IMG/VR virus record: IMGVR_UViG_3300017971_000185
Span: 310,001 to 374,000 of that record
Strand: one strand, 5' to 3'
Length of the DNA: 64,000 nucleotides
Below the pieces are notes generated by a model. That model searched no databases. It was not told the origin of the DNA and saw only the letters and a list, made by a program, of their open reading frames with translations. Both the position numbers and the translations under genes were made by a program. How positions within the stretch are numbered: position 1 is the stretch's first letter; the number at the start of each line of letters is the position of its first letter. Below are positions 19,462 to 29,948 of the stretch, one piece after another.

Positions 19462-19973
19462 CTCCAGCACAGAAGATTCTGAAAGAGATCAAGGAACAAG
19501 GCGTCATCAGGAGACTCAATGTCATCGTGAAATGCGACGGCCCATGGTCTCCTGTGCGAGTGTCCGGGACCGTGCTCCAGTGGGTCACGCACGAGGTAGC
19601 TGAGGTGTGTCGTCAGGACACCGACGAATTGGGTTACGCTTTCCTCGCACCAACCCGCGATGGGGGAGGCTGGTGGTGGCGACGGTGGGACGAGGAAACG
19701 AAGTCCAAGTTGAGGGCCGCTGCGGAACACGGGTTCCGCGTCCAGATCAACCGGGAACTGGGGTGCCTGGAATTCCGTGCTGTCGAGAAAGCTCAGGAGC
19801 AGGCCCTCCGGGATCTGAAAGACCGCAACGAACGTGAAATGCTTCTTCGCATGAGAGGTGAGAAGCTTTTCGGGAAGATCGCCGAGGAACTCAACGTGTT
19901 CTTCCCGGAGGAACGCACCAGGGAGACGTGGGTGCAGATCTGCGTTGCTCTCGCTCTCGCGGAAGGGAAATGA
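19458..19973 (+). CDS. hypothetical cargo protein inside the IS607 element
   Basis: ATGA overlap with tnpA. Confidence 0.55.
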   Translation: MTPAQKILKEIKEQGVIRRLNVIVKCDGPWSPVRVSGTVLQWVTHEVAEVCRQDTDELGYAFLAPTRDGGGWWWRRWDEETKSKLRAAAEHGFRVQINRELGCLEFRAVEKAQEQALRDLKDRNEREMLLRMRGEKLFGKIAEELNVFFPEERTRETWVQICVALALAEGK

Positions 19974-20181
19974 CAATGACCACCTTCAAAGATCTTGATG
20001 ACGTGCAGCTTCTTCAGGCGCTCCAAGATGCCGAGAACGAGGCACAACGTATTCGGCAGGAGATCCGATTCCGTGGTGTTTCAAGATACGGCTCGCTGTT
20101 TGATGCTGTCGGAGACGCCACCCGTGAAGCACTTGACTGGCCATCCATGATGGAGCGGTCTCGGAAATCTGAACTGGACCG

Positions 20182-21609
20182 ATGAAGAAGTCTCGTCACC
20201 TCTACCTCCACCCGGAGACCAATCCGGGCAAGATTGCCGCCCTGGAGGCCCTTCACGTCGAGTACGTCAGGTACGTGCGCATCTGCGTGCAGATCATGCT
20301 CGACAACCAGAGGCTCTCCCTCAAACGGTCGGAGAAGCAAGTCTTCTTCCCGAAGGCCGAGAACCTCACCAGCCAGATCCAGAAGAACGCCCGAGACCAC
20401 GCCATCCAAATCGTGAGTACGTGGGCCAAGGCCACCTACGAGCGTGCCGTCAAGAAGCACCTCACCCGAGCACACAGGTTCGGCCAACTTTCCCAGGACG
20501 AACGACACGCCCTCTGCACGGTTGGAAAGCACCTGATCTCAGTGCCTTGGAAGCACGTCACCCAGGAGACCATCGACGCCTACTGGGCACTCCTGCTCGA
20601 CCCAGAGGTCTCTGGTAACCAGCCACGGGTGTCCGAACGCATCCCGATGCGGATGTCGGAGAACACATGCACACTGGCCGACACTGACGAGGCCATCCAC
20701 GCTCCCATGTGGATCAAGATTTCCACGCTGGTCAGCCGGAAAGTCGTCTGGCTTCCGCTCGCAGGGAATCCCTACGTCAAGTCGGCCAACGACGTGTCGA
20801 AGGGAGTCCACGCAAGGAAAGACAAGCGTGGGCGCTGGAGGTTCGAGGTTGTTGAACGCAAGGAGTGGATCGTTCCCGAACTTCAACCCGATGCGCCCAG
20901 GATCGGTGTCGATGTCGGCCTGAACGTCGTGGCCGCCACCTCGGATGGCCGGACGTTCGGAGCAAGTCTCAAACCCAAGTTCGACCGCCTCTACGAGCGC
21001 GTCAGGAACCTTCGTGCGAACCGTCAACGACAGGGTTTCAAGGAGAACAGCCCTCGGCTCAACCGGCTCGAAGACAAACTCACCAGGATGGTAAAGACGA
21101 TCACCGGGGAGGTGGCCAACAGGCTCATCAAGAGCGCACCCGAAGGCACGGTTTTCGTGATCGAAGACTTGGACCTGCGTGGGTGCCGTGGTCAGAAGAG
21201 GTTCGCGTACCGGGCCCTGGCCCACAGCTTGGAGACGAAAGCGCCCACCTTGAAGGTGAATCCGGCGTACACGTCTCAGACTTGCCCTTCCTGTGGTTAC
21301 GTCTCTCGACGTAACCGATCAGGAACCGATTTCGTCTGCCGCTCATGTGGCAGGCGTTCTCATGCCGACGTGGTGGGAGGGATCAACCTGCTGAGACGTT
21401 CTCAGGACGAACAGGTTGACCTCAACGATCACCATCGAGACGTGAGGGAGTTGCTGCGAAAACGATACCGGGCCCGTAGGGCCGGGGACAGTTCCGCAGG
21501 ACTCTGCCGAAAGGCACCCGCGCCTGAACCGTCAGGCCGGAGGCTCACTACCGGAGTATCTCCCCCGAGGAGAGGACGGCACAGCCTCGAATCCGATGCT
21601 TACCTTTGA
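20182..21609 (+). CDS. tnpB: TnpB RNA-guided RuvC nuclease
   Basis: GVDVG, IEDL, PAYTSQTCPSCG, CRSCG..HADVVGGIN; catalytic D/E/D intact. Confidence 0.9.
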   Translation: MKKSRHLYLHPETNPGKIAALEALHVEYVRYVRICVQIMLDNQRLSLKRSEKQVFFPKAENLTSQIQKNARDHAIQIVSTWAKATYERAVKKHLTRAHRFGQLSQDERHALCTVGKHLISVPWKHVTQETIDAYWALLLDPEVSGNQPRVSERIPMRMSENTCTLADTDEAIHAPMWIKISTLVSRKVVWLPLAGNPYVKSANDVSKGVHARKDKRGRWRFEVVERKEWIVPELQPDAPRIGVDVGLNVVAATSDGRTFGASLKPKFDRLYERVRNLRANRQRQGFKENSPRLNRLEDKLTRMVKTITGEVANRLIKSAPEGTVFVIEDLDLRGCRGQKRFAYRALAHSLETKAPTLKVNPAYTSQTCPSCGYVSRRNRSGTDFVCRSCGRRSHADVVGGINLLRRSQDEQVDLNDHHRDVRELLRKRYRARRAGDSSAGLCRKAPAPEPSGRRLTTGVSPPRRGRHSLESDAYL

Positions 21610-23277
21610 GTAGGTTTTGGAGTACGGTATAAGGTAGGACACAGAGGCACGAATGGACGTTCCCGGTTGAGTGAGGCCAAACTAGATGCCCCGCAAGATG
21701 CGTAAGAGTATCTCAGTAAAAGGACTGACCTATTTTCGACTTCAGCGCTTGGCTGAGGAAAGGGGCGTGGGTATCGGTGGTCTGGTTGAAGAGTGGGCGA
21801 GAGAGGACATGCTCAAGAAGCATCCTCCACAACCGCACATTCTCTACGAGGTTCGGACCGGCCTGAAGGCGGGCACGAGCAAAGACACGATGATCCATGT
21901 CGTTGCTCCCTCGGTAGAGAAAGCGACAATGTGGGCCGAGATGGAATTGCAGGCGGCCACGGGAAGTCTCATCGTCATGCCTTCGCAGCGTCCGTTCAAC
22001 CCGGACAAGATCACCTACGCCCACATCGGCGTAGTAAACTCCAGCGAGCTAGCGGAGATCTGTCGATGACCGATCGAGTACATGCGTTGACCGTGATCCT
22101 TGAACGCGAGTACCGGGATGATGACGTTGAGGCAATCGTCAACGCGATCAAGATGATGCGTGGTGTTCTTGATGTGAAGCCGCACATCATCGAGGACATC
22201 GATTTCTACTCGTCGCGGGAGCAGGCCAAGTTTGAGCTACGACAGGAGATGCGCGAGGTTTTGTGGCCCGGCATTGCGAAGCGGAAAGGGTAACCATGCG
22301 CTTGGCGTGTTTCTGTTGGGGTGTGGCGAAAGATGGCCACACCTTGCATACGAACACCGCTGCACGACAGAAGAGGCGAAAACCGCTCTGGCGGCTTGGG
22401 TAGCGGCGTGCATCAAGGACGCGAACCCCATGTCTGATGAAGAGCCTGAGGATTGGATCTATCAGTGCGAGAACACGGGGAAACGTATCTTGTGTGAGGA
22501 GGTTCCCGTAGTGGTCTACATACCTAGCGGGTCGAGCAACTGGAAGAAAGTGTCCTGCGCGAAGGCTCACGAATCGATCAGGGACGTTTGTCCCAGGTAG
22601 GCCATGCGGACACGAGACGTGCTGCTGGTACTTGTCGCCGGTTTCTGCCTTGGCGTCACCTACACCGTTAGCGTGCTCTACCTATCGCGGAGCCGAGAGC
22701 GTATGCCTGGGACTAAGCCCATGATGCTGTCGTGGAATGGGTCGCCTGTAGACTGCATCCCGCTTTGTGGGTGTTTCACACCGATTCTTGACGATGGTGA
22801 CGTGGCGATCGTGCATGGCTTTACCGTGGCCACAGATCTGAACGCCCCAACATCAGCCAACCCAGCTTTCTTCGCTCGCTGTACGGTCTGCGGCCAAACC
22901 CTGAAGCGTTGGGTTGAGGTTCCTGACCGGTAGAGTGACGGTATGTTTGACGATGAGTCCATGATCGTCGTGCATGTGGGCTACGCATGGGACGGTCAGG
23001 ACGGCTGGACGTTTGCGCTGAGCCCTGAAACAGCGCATCGTCTTGAGGAAACGAAGACCCATCGGGCGACACGAGTTTTCGTTGGGAACGGCAACCCCGG
23101 TGATACAGACCCGAGGCAGTACGCTCACCTAGGCGATGGCGTGGGTCCTGAGAAGAAATGGAAGCGATGGAAGATCATCGCCTCGATGTTGACGGGAATT
23201 CCAGAAGCCGATCTGCCAACGTGCATGTTTCGTCGGATGCCCGAGGACACGTTGCTGGAGACGCTGGAAAAAAGCGC

Positions 23278-23306
23278 TTGACTTTGGCTCTGTCTGTCCG
23301 TACAAC
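23278..23306 (+). promoter_or_regulatory. sigma70-like promoter of the Pro/Arg/Leu/Tyr tRNA operon
   Basis: TTGACT-N17-TACAAC. Confidence 0.7.
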
Positions 23307-23326
23307 TGCATCTGAGGCGGAAAGCC

Positions 23327-23446
23327 ATGACACAAATGCGGAACACACTCGGGTTGAGCACCTACCAGTCATTACTGGCGGGGAGGCTCCCCTTGCGTCC
23401 GTATTTGCGCCCGCTGCCGCCACCCCGACTTAGGGGCGCCCTCTAG
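23327..23446 (+). CDS. leader peptide MTQMRNTLGLSTYQSLLAGRLPLRPYLRPLPPPRLRGAL
   Basis: 24 of 39 codons are Leu, Pro, Arg or Tyr, the amino acids of the downstream tRNAs. Confidence 0.75.
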   Translation: MTQMRNTLGLSTYQSLLAGRLPLRPYLRPLPPPRLRGAL

Positions 23447-23487
23447 GCTAGAGGGCAGGCGACAGCGGGAGAGACAGCCCGCGCACG

Positions 23488-23564
23488 CGAGGCGTAGCGC
23501 AATCTGGTAGCGCGTTCGGTTTGGGTCCGAAAGGATGCTGGTTCAAATCCAGTCGCCTCGACCA
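23488..23564 (+). tRNA. tRNA-Pro(TGG)
   Basis: Cloverleaf with CCA. Confidence 0.93.
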
Positions 23565-23565
23565 C

Positions 23566-23644
23566 GCCCCTGTAGCTCAGTGGACTCAGAGCATCGGTCT
23601 ACGGAACCGAGTTGTCGGAGGTTCGAATCCTTCCAGGGGTGCCA
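23566..23644 (+). tRNA. tRNA-Arg(ACG)
   Basis: Cloverleaf with CCA. Confidence 0.93.
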
Positions 23645-23646
23645 AA

Positions 23647-23724
23647 CGAGGCGTGGCTCAGTCTGGCTAGAGCGCCGCGTTCGGGACGCGGAGAACGGTG
23701 GTTCGAATCCACTCGCCTCGACCA
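23647..23724 (+). tRNA. tRNA-Pro(CGG)
   Basis: Cloverleaf with CCA. Confidence 0.93.
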
Positions 23725-23764
23725 AAGGAGTACAAAGAGGAAGAGGAACAAAGGAACAACGAAA

Positions 23765-23839
23765 CGGGATGTGGCTCAGTCTGGTTAGAGCACCGGTCTG
23801 GGGGACCGGGGATCACTGGTTCGAATCCAGTCATCCCGA
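23765..23839 (+). tRNA. tRNA-Pro(GGG)
   Basis: Cloverleaf. Confidence 0.92.
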
Positions 23840-23870
23840 CGAAGGTAGTGGTCGGGGTAGGATGTGGGTG

Positions 23871-24452
23871 ATGGCGTCCGACCACAAACGATGTAATCGG
23901 TGTGGGACTACAAAACCCACATCTGCTTTTTCCTACAAAACAGTCTACGGAGGTCGGTATCTCCGAACAGCTTGTCGGATCTGTGAGAACAAGAAACGAA
24001 GTGAAAGGAGGAAACGTTCGCCAAGCGCGGCGGACAAAGTAAGAGAGCAAAGACAACTGGATAGAAGATCGCGTATGCGGGCCGCAGGCATCGATTTGCC
24101 AAGATGGATCCTAACGGATTCGCGAGCGTCCGATCGAAAGAAAGGGCTTTCTAACGACTTGACCAAGTCGTTTATCGCAGAACGGATAGCGCAGGGCTGT
24201 TGCTATTGTGGCGACAAGACGATCCGTATGACCTTGGATCGGATTGACAACAACCAAGGACACACCCGAAACAATGTTGTACCGGCCTGCATTCGATGCA
24301 ACTACATCCGAAGGGACATGCCTTTCGAAGCATGGTTGCTTGTCACGGGAGCGATTCGGGAAGCTCGGAAGAGAGGGTTGTTCGGAGAATGGACTGGAAG
24401 AGCACGCAAGCCGCGGATGGCGTCAAAAGCGCGGGTGGTGAAATTCAGGTAA
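23871..24452 (+). CDS. HNH-type homing endonuclease inside the tRNA cluster
   Basis: CNRCG..CRIC; CCYCG..TLDRIDN..GHTRNNVVPACIRCN. Confidence 0.8.
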   Translation: MASDHKRCNRCGTTKPTSAFSYKTVYGGRYLRTACRICENKKRSERRKRSPSAADKVREQRQLDRRSRMRAAGIDLPRWILTDSRASDRKKGLSNDLTKSFIAERIAQGCCYCGDKTIRMTLDRIDNNQGHTRNNVVPACIRCNYIRRDMPFEAWLLVTGAIREARKRGLFGEWTGRARKPRMASKARVVKFR

Positions 24453-24514
24453 ACACGCAGCCTTGAGGTGGCTGTGCCCAACAGGGTTTGAGGGTTCGAG
24501 TCCCTCCTCGCGCA
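24429..24514 (+). tRNA. tRNA-Leu(GAG)
   Basis: Type II cloverleaf. Confidence 0.92.
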
Positions 24515-24526
24515 CGAGCGACATGA

Positions 24527-24602
24527 GCGCAGGTAGCCCAACTCAGGTAGAGGCGCTGGATTTAGGTTCCAGAGGTTGCGGGTTCGACTCCCGCCTTGCG
24601 CA
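24527..24602 (+). tRNA. tRNA-Leu(TAG), short variable loop
   Basis: Loop TT-TAG-GT; no long variable arm. Confidence 0.88.
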
Positions 24603-24610
24603 CGGATTCT

Positions 24611-24696
24611 TGGTCGGTATGCAAGAGGTTAAAGCAAGCAGTCTGTAAAACTGCCGCGTTCGCGCTTCGTGGGTTCAAATCCCTCCCGGCCAGCCA
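24611..24696 (+). tRNA. tRNA-Tyr(GTA)
   Basis: Type II cloverleaf, loop CT-GTA-AA; unusual T1-A72 and G73. Confidence 0.88.
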
Positions 24697-24722
24697 GATT
24701 CGGAGTAGAAAGGAGAAGAAAC

Positions 24723-25898
24723 ATGACACAGAAGCAGCACATCAACGTAGGAACCATCGGACACGTGGACCACGGGAAGACCACCCTCACGGCGGCCATC
24801 ACGATGGTCATGGCAGCGATCAACGGAGGCGAGATCAAGACCTTCGATCAGATCGACAAGGCGCCCGAGGAGCGTGAGCGAGGAATCACAATCAACACGG
24901 CGCACGTCGAGTACGAGTCGGAGACTCGCAACTACGCGCACATCGACTGCCCAGGCCACGCCGACTACATCAAGAACATGATCGTCGGTGCGTCCCAGAT
25001 GGACGGCGCGGTACTGCTTGTGGACGCTTCTCAGGGGCCGCAGCACCAGACGCGTGAGCACGTTCTCCTGGCGAAACAGGTGGGCGTCTCGCACATGGTG
25101 GTGTTCATCAACAAGGTGGATATTGCAGATCCCGAGATGCTGGAGCTTGTAGAGATGGAGGTTCAAGATGCTCTTGCCCAGATGGGCTTCGAGGACACTC
25201 CGTTTATTCGGGGCTCCGCGCTCAAGGCACTGGAGGCCGCGAGCGAGGGGAAGATGGACGATCCCGAGATCGAGCCAGTCAAGGCGCTCATCGCCGCGAT
25301 GGACGAGCACCTTCCGGTGCCCAAGCGAGATCGGGAGAGTCCGTTTCTCATGCCCATCGAGAATGTCCACACGATTCCAGGCAGGGGCACGGTCGTGACA
25401 GGTCGTGTGGAGAGGGGCATTCTCACCAAGGGGCAGACGGTGGAGATCGTGGGTCGGACGGACGGGAAGCCCCTGGCTGCGGTCGTCACGGGAATCCAAG
25501 CGTTCCACAAGGACATCCCCGAGGCGGCGGCGGGTCTCAACATCGGCATGCTCCTACGTGGCATCGATCGGGATGAAGTCCTGCGTGGTCAGGTAGCAGT
25601 TGCTCCTGGCTCCTTGCTTCCTCACGAGAAAGGCAAGGCCGAGATCTTCACACTCACAGCCAAGGAGGGTGGTCGTCACACTTCGTTCTCTGGCGGATAC
25701 AGGCCACAATTCTACTTTGGCGCCACTGACGTGACTGCGGCAGTCGTGCCGGAGGATGGGAAAGTCGTCGAGCCTGGCGATCGGGCCACGGTGGACTTTG
25801 AGCTAGTGAGTCCGGTTGCTTGCGAGCCCGGCATGAGGTTCGCCATCCGCGAGGGTGGCAAGACCGTAGGTGCTGGGATGGTCACGGAGGTAGTCTAA
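24723..25898 (+). CDS. tuf: elongation factor Tu
   Basis: [50 protein letters not shown]; SD AAGGAG. Confidence 0.97.
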   Translation: MTQKQHINVGTIGHVDHGKTTLTAAITMVMAAINGGEIKTFDQIDKAPEERERGITINTAHVEYESETRNYAHIDCPGHADYIKNMIVGASQMDGAVLLVDASQGPQHQTREHVLLAKQVGVSHMVVFINKVDIADPEMLELVEMEVQDALAQMGFEDTPFIRGSALKALEAASEGKMDDPEIEPVKALIAAMDEHLPVPKRDRESPFLMPIENVHTIPGRGTVVTGRVERGILTKGQTVEIVGRTDGKPLAAVVTGIQAFHKDIPEAAAGLNIGMLLRGIDRDEVLRGQVAVAPGSLLPHEKGKAEIFTLTAKEGGRHTSFSGGYRPQFYFGATDVTAAVVPEDGKVVEPGDRATVDFELVSPVACEPGMRFAIREGGKTVGAGMVTEVV

Positions 25899-25925
25899 CA
25901 ACCTGGAGGGCTGAGGCCCTCCTCT

Positions 25926-26012
25926 GCTCGAATGGCGGAATCTTCGGTAGACGCGCACGGTTCAGGTCCGTGTACCCTCACGGGTGTAGGGGTTCGAGTC
26001 CCCTTTCGAGCA
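25926..26012 (+). tRNA. tRNA-Leu(CAG)
   Basis: Type II cloverleaf. Confidence 0.92.
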
Positions 26013-26093
26013 CTAAAGGGGTAATGGAGGCAGATGACCAAAACATGCCAAACGTGTAAATTTTGGAAGCATTCGATGGTGAAGAGAAAAAGC

Positions 26094-26163
26094 AAGCAAA
26101 GGACCCTGTACTTCTCCATTGGTTCTCAAAGCAAAGGACCCTGTACTTCTCCATTGGTTCTCA
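26094..26163 (+). repeat. 35-nt tandem duplication inside a degenerate small ORF
   Basis: AAGCAAAGGACCCTGTACTTCTCCATTGGTTCTCA x2. Confidence 0.85.
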
Positions 26164-26281
26164 GAGGGTACGGGCACGCCGAACCTCCCGAGAGAGGGCT
26201 TCTCGTGGAAAATGACGAAGAGTGGGGGCATCCTCACGGGGCCTTACTTCGGCTGTGTCAACCACGAAGAGTGATTATCGA

Positions 26282-26368
26282 GGCCAGGTGGCGAAGTTGG
26301 TAGACGCAGCGGATTCAAAATCCGCCGCCCTCACGGGCATGAGGGTTCGACTCCCTCCCTGGCTACCA
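26282..26368 (+). tRNA. tRNA-Leu(CAA)
   Basis: Type II cloverleaf with CCA. Confidence 0.93.
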
Positions 26369-26375
26369 CTCTGGT

Positions 26376-26617
26376 AGAATCGAGACATCATGGCAGTCAA
26401 GATGGACCCACTTGGCCGGAGGATCATGAGGTTTTTTCGTCAGCTTGGATATGAGGACGGTACGCAGGTTGCATTGCACGCGGGGTTGCTGGGCTGCCTC
26501 GTGATTTGTGCGCTGTTCATAAATTACTGCGGTGCCAAGCCAACGACCGAAAACGATCCAGCTTCGCGGGCGCGTATTCGACGAGAATCGAGACATCATG
26601 GCAGTCAAGACGGACCC
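26376..26617 (+). repeat. 34-nt direct repeats at 26376 and 26584
   Basis: AGAATCGAGACATCATGGCAGTCAAGA(T/C)GGACCC. Confidence 0.85.
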
Positions 26618-26637
26618 GGCAATTTTTCGTTGCAAGA

Positions 26638-26829
26638 CTATCCTGAGTAACCGTCTTTTCCCCATCCAACGCCGCCAGGAGCCAACATGAAGTTGCTGAC
26701 TCCCATAATTTGTTCCATCGTGCCCTTTGAGTCGCACGCGGCACACTTGGCCGGAGGAGGATCGTTCATCTTCTGGATTTCCTCGACTACGTGTCCGCAT
26801 TTACGGCACTTGTAGACGTAGATGGGCAA
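26638..26829 (-). CDS. FmdB-family zinc-ribbon protein
   Basis: MPIYVYKCRKCGH...CAAC...GWGKDGY. Confidence 0.85.
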   Translation of the reverse strand: MPIYVYKCRKCGHVVEEIQKMNDPPPAKCAACDSKGTMEQIMGVSNFMLAPGGVGWGKDGYSG

Positions 26830-26849
26830 CGATCACACCATACCGAGAC

Positions 26850-26922
26850 GCGCAGGTACGCCAACGGTGAGCGGGCCGACTTAAAATCGGCTGTCCTGCG
26901 GGTTCGACTCCCGCCCTGCGTA
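26850..26922 (+). tRNA. tRNA-Leu(TAA), short variable loop
   Basis: Loop CT-TAA-AA. Confidence 0.85.
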
Positions 26923-26969
26923 CTCCTTGTATACTTTCACCCGGATCTGGCGTAGATTGTCATGTCCAG

Positions 26970-28268
26970 ATGAGAGCGAGGAAGAAACTACGCGCAGCGC
27001 GAGCGCGAGCGCATTGGGAGAGGGTTTCCCAGGCCCGAGCGGAGCAGCGGGAGAAGTCTCGCGTGGAAACAGCAAAACGTGATACTGCCATTCGCAAGGC
27101 TTTCGAAACTAAGTCAGATCGCGCGAAGGAGCTTCTCCTCAAGCACGACATTCTGGGTGAGTTTGGTGCGGCGCTTCTCAAGAAGGCTCCGAAGCTGGCG
27201 GACGAGCGGTACGCTTTTGGTCTTCGGTTTCTCAAGGCGCGTCAGCAATCGTGGGAACGTCCTCTGGAGGACTGGAAGCCCAAGGGGAAGGCCGCCGACA
27301 CGCAGTTCCGATCGTTGGTACGGCATCTCATCGTGAAGTACTCGGTGCCGCAGTTTCTCTACTCCGTCTTCTGGGACGACACTGACGGGTTGCGGCATCG
27401 GGGGTCGTTTTTGTTTTACTATCTCGCTCAGGGAGGTAGCCTGCGAAAGGCAGTCAAGCCGGACTTCTCCTATGAGCTTCGGGGTGAGTGGGTCCATGCG
27501 TATCGGCCGTTGTTGCCCGTGCCGCTCACGAAGCGGATGTGTCACACGTTCACGCAAAGCACGAGCGAGCACACGTTGGTGTCGGCTGTGCGTCATGCGC
27601 AGATCGAAGCGTTCGGCGGCGGCCAGCGGGTTGCGGAGCGAGTGTGCGCGACGCACCTAGGGCGAGATCTGGCTGGGGGGTCGTTGGCAGAGGAGTTTTG
27701 GCAGTCGGTTCTCCAGTGGGTGTGTAACCAGACGATGCTGGACCCGGCGCGGATCGGGAACATCGTGGATTGGGTTCGGCACAGGCGGATGGAGGATGCA
27801 AACACATTCTCCATGAAGGGCCGTACTGCCGTCTCTGTGCTGCGTGAAGTCGAGCGATGGCACACGGACCTGGCTGCGCAACGAGACGCTCTGAAGGGCA
27901 TCTACGAGTCCTCAGGCATCAAGCCCTATCGTGGCGTGCGCAAGGTCAGGCTGCCGACAGGAGCAGATCACAAGGAGATCTGGACCATCACCGAGATCTT
28001 GAACGGTAAGGAGTTGCGCGAAGAGGGACGAGCCCACCGCCACTGTGTGGTGAGCTATGCGCGGAGCATCGAGGATGGCGGAACGTCGATCTGGAGTCTT
28101 CAAGTAGATGGCGTGCGCAGGGTGACGATCGAGGTCAACAATCGCACGCGACAGATCGTACAAGCAGCCGGAAAGTTCAATCGCCGTGCGACTCCGGTTG
28201 AGAAGAAAACCATCGATCAGTGGGTAGCCAAGAACGGGCTTGCCAAGAACAAATGGCTGCGGTGGTAG
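26970..28268 (+). CDS. PcfJ-domain protein
   Basis: FSMKGRT..WH, ELREEGRAHRHCVVSY, TIEV..IVQA.GKFN. Confidence 0.85.
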   Translation: MRARKKLRAARARAHWERVSQARAEQREKSRVETAKRDTAIRKAFETKSDRAKELLLKHDILGEFGAALLKKAPKLADERYAFGLRFLKARQQSWERPLEDWKPKGKAADTQFRSLVRHLIVKYSVPQFLYSVFWDDTDGLRHRGSFLFYYLAQGGSLRKAVKPDFSYELRGEWVHAYRPLLPVPLTKRMCHTFTQSTSEHTLVSAVRHAQIEAFGGGQRVAERVCATHLGRDLAGGSLAEEFWQSVLQWVCNQTMLDPARIGNIVDWVRHRRMEDANTFSMKGRTAVSVLREVERWHTDLAAQRDALKGIYESSGIKPYRGVRKVRLPTGADHKEIWTITEILNGKELREEGRAHRHCVVSYARSIEDGGTSIWSLQVDGVRRVTIEVNNRTRQIVQAAGKFNRRATPVEKKTIDQWVAKNGLAKNKWLRW

Positions 28269-28307
28269 CTTGTCTATCCTGGCGGATAAGTCAGGAGGCC
28301 CCGTGGA

Positions 28308-28652
28308 TTGCTCGGACGACACGCCATTATCGACGGCAACGGCGCAGACGCCGCGTTGCTCGATGATCCAGGGCGCCTTGAGGCGCTCCTGAAGGCTGCT
28401 GTCGAGGAGACCGGGGCGACCGTCCTGAGTTGTCACAGTCACCAATTCGAGCCCCAGGGCGTGACTGTCGCGATTATCCTGGCCGAGAGCCACGCGACCA
28501 TCCACACGTATCCCGAGCACGGCTGCTACATGGCCGACGTGTTCACTTGCGGGAGCCTCGATCCGACCGCCGCTGTCGAAATCCTGAAAACCTCATTTGG
28601 CGGGGACGCCCGTGTTCTCCAGCTATCGCGAGGAGTGACTTCCAATGATTAG
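28308..28652 (+). CDS. speD: S-adenosylmethionine decarboxylase proenzyme
   Basis: HQFEPQGVT..LAESHATIHTYPEHG..DVFTCG; SD AGGAGG. Confidence 0.93.
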   Translation: MLGRHAIIDGNGADAALLDDPGRLEALLKAAVEETGATVLSCHSHQFEPQGVTVAIILAESHATIHTYPEHGCYMADVFTCGSLDPTAAVEILKTSFGGDARVLQLSRGVTSND

Positions 28653-28685
28653 TGCGGGGCTCGGATGTAGCTAGGGCGACTGTAG

Positions 28686-29243
28686 CTACGTTTGCTTCTC
28701 TGTACCATGGTTGAATTTTGATTCGTGTTCGGCGTGTTCGAATGAGAGAACAGTGTGGTCGTGCAGGAAAGCGATTTCTTCGCCTGTTAGTGGCCGGACA
28801 ACGACTCGCGGGCCGTACACGGTTAGCGTATTCTTGCGGTCGGGGACATGAGCCAGGATCTCTCTAGAGCGTAGATGATTCCACATCATGTCGTAGCCGC
28901 AAGCACTCCCGTCTGTGTTTTTGCCGAGATAGATGATGATCTCAGCGTCGGCCAGGATATCCACGATGCCGCATCTCCAGTTGACGATCCAAGACGCGAG
29001 CACTACCTTTGCTCGTTCGGTCAGGTTGTGGAAGTAGGACTGAAGACCTTGAACACGAGAGTCAGGAGAGTCGGGCAGCGGGTGTCTGTCCACCGCGATG
29101 ACTCTGTGTGCGCCGAGGTCAACAAGAGTCAGGGCCATTTTCAGGTCGCCTGCGCCCAAGTCCATTACGGTCTGGCCATGGACGAATCTTCGCACCACGC
29201 GGGCTTGGGGGCTGGATAGGGGGCTGGATAGGCGTCCGCTCAT
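28686..29243 (-). CDS. SAM-dependent methyltransferase-like protein
   Basis: VMDLGAGD, VIAVD. Confidence 0.6.
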   Translation of the reverse strand: MSGRLSSPLSSPQARVVRRFVHGQTVMDLGAGDLKMALTLVDLGAHRVIAVDRHPLPDSPDSRVQGLQSYFHNLTERAKVVLASWIVNWRCGIVDILADAEIIIYLGKNTDGSACGYDMMWNHLRSREILAHVPDRKNTLTVYGPRVVVRPLTGEEIAFLHDHTVLSFEHAEHESKFNHGTEKQT

Positions 29244-29948
29244 GTAAGGCTCAGGTCCACCTGTCGTCGCCCGGCGGGAGGGATTCGAGCCATTTCGTAG
29301 CATCGCACGGGGATACTTGTGGGAGCCCAAGCGCTTCTTTGTGGTGTACGAAGGTGCCATCCTGTCCTAGCGTGGCCTGCCCCCGCTCGACGCACCTGGC
29401 ACACATCGTGCGGGCGACTTCGTGGGCTATTCGGTCTGCGAAACGTTCGGCAGCATCACAGTCTCCCTTGTTCCACACGGCTCGGTTGTTTTGCATCATG
29501 CCTCCGCGAAGGAACGCGATCACTTCGCGAATGCCGTCGAGCCTACCTGTCTTGTACACGTCGCGAAGATGCTGATCTGCGAAGGCAGCGTCTATGTCGA
29601 TGTGCGGTTTCATTGCATCCCCCTTTCTCGTTCGGCTGCTTCCAAAATGGAAGCCATGGCTCCCGAATACGGACCTGATATCCTGTATCTGAACATGGTG
29701 CAGTTGTTGGGATCGTTCGGTTGCCGGAAGGCTTTGCGAGCATTCGCGCACAAGTTGTTCGAAGTCGTTACGCGCTCCCGAATCTGTAGGATATCCAGCA
29801 GCCGTCTGAGTCTGACCAAAAGAAGCCAAGCCCCTCAACAGCAGCAATGTCTTCTTCGGCCATCTGTTCCTTGGCTAGTCAGGTGCGAGAGATCATGGCG
29901 AGTAGCTGCCTGTTTGTTCGTACCATTGTCTCGCATTCCCAGTTGGCC

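Larger units (their letters stand above)
18600..21620 (+). mobile_element. IS607-family element (small ORF, tnpA, two cargo ORFs, tnpB); ends approximate
   Basis: Serine recombinase with N-terminal HTH plus an RuvC TnpB. Confidence 0.7.

Noticed and set aside
24669-24722. N-terminal extensions of ORFs that start inside tRNA genes (tuf, the HNH ORF at 23535, kptA at 59036)
   Set aside because: ORF-caller artefacts; better starts lie at 24723, 23871 and 59087.
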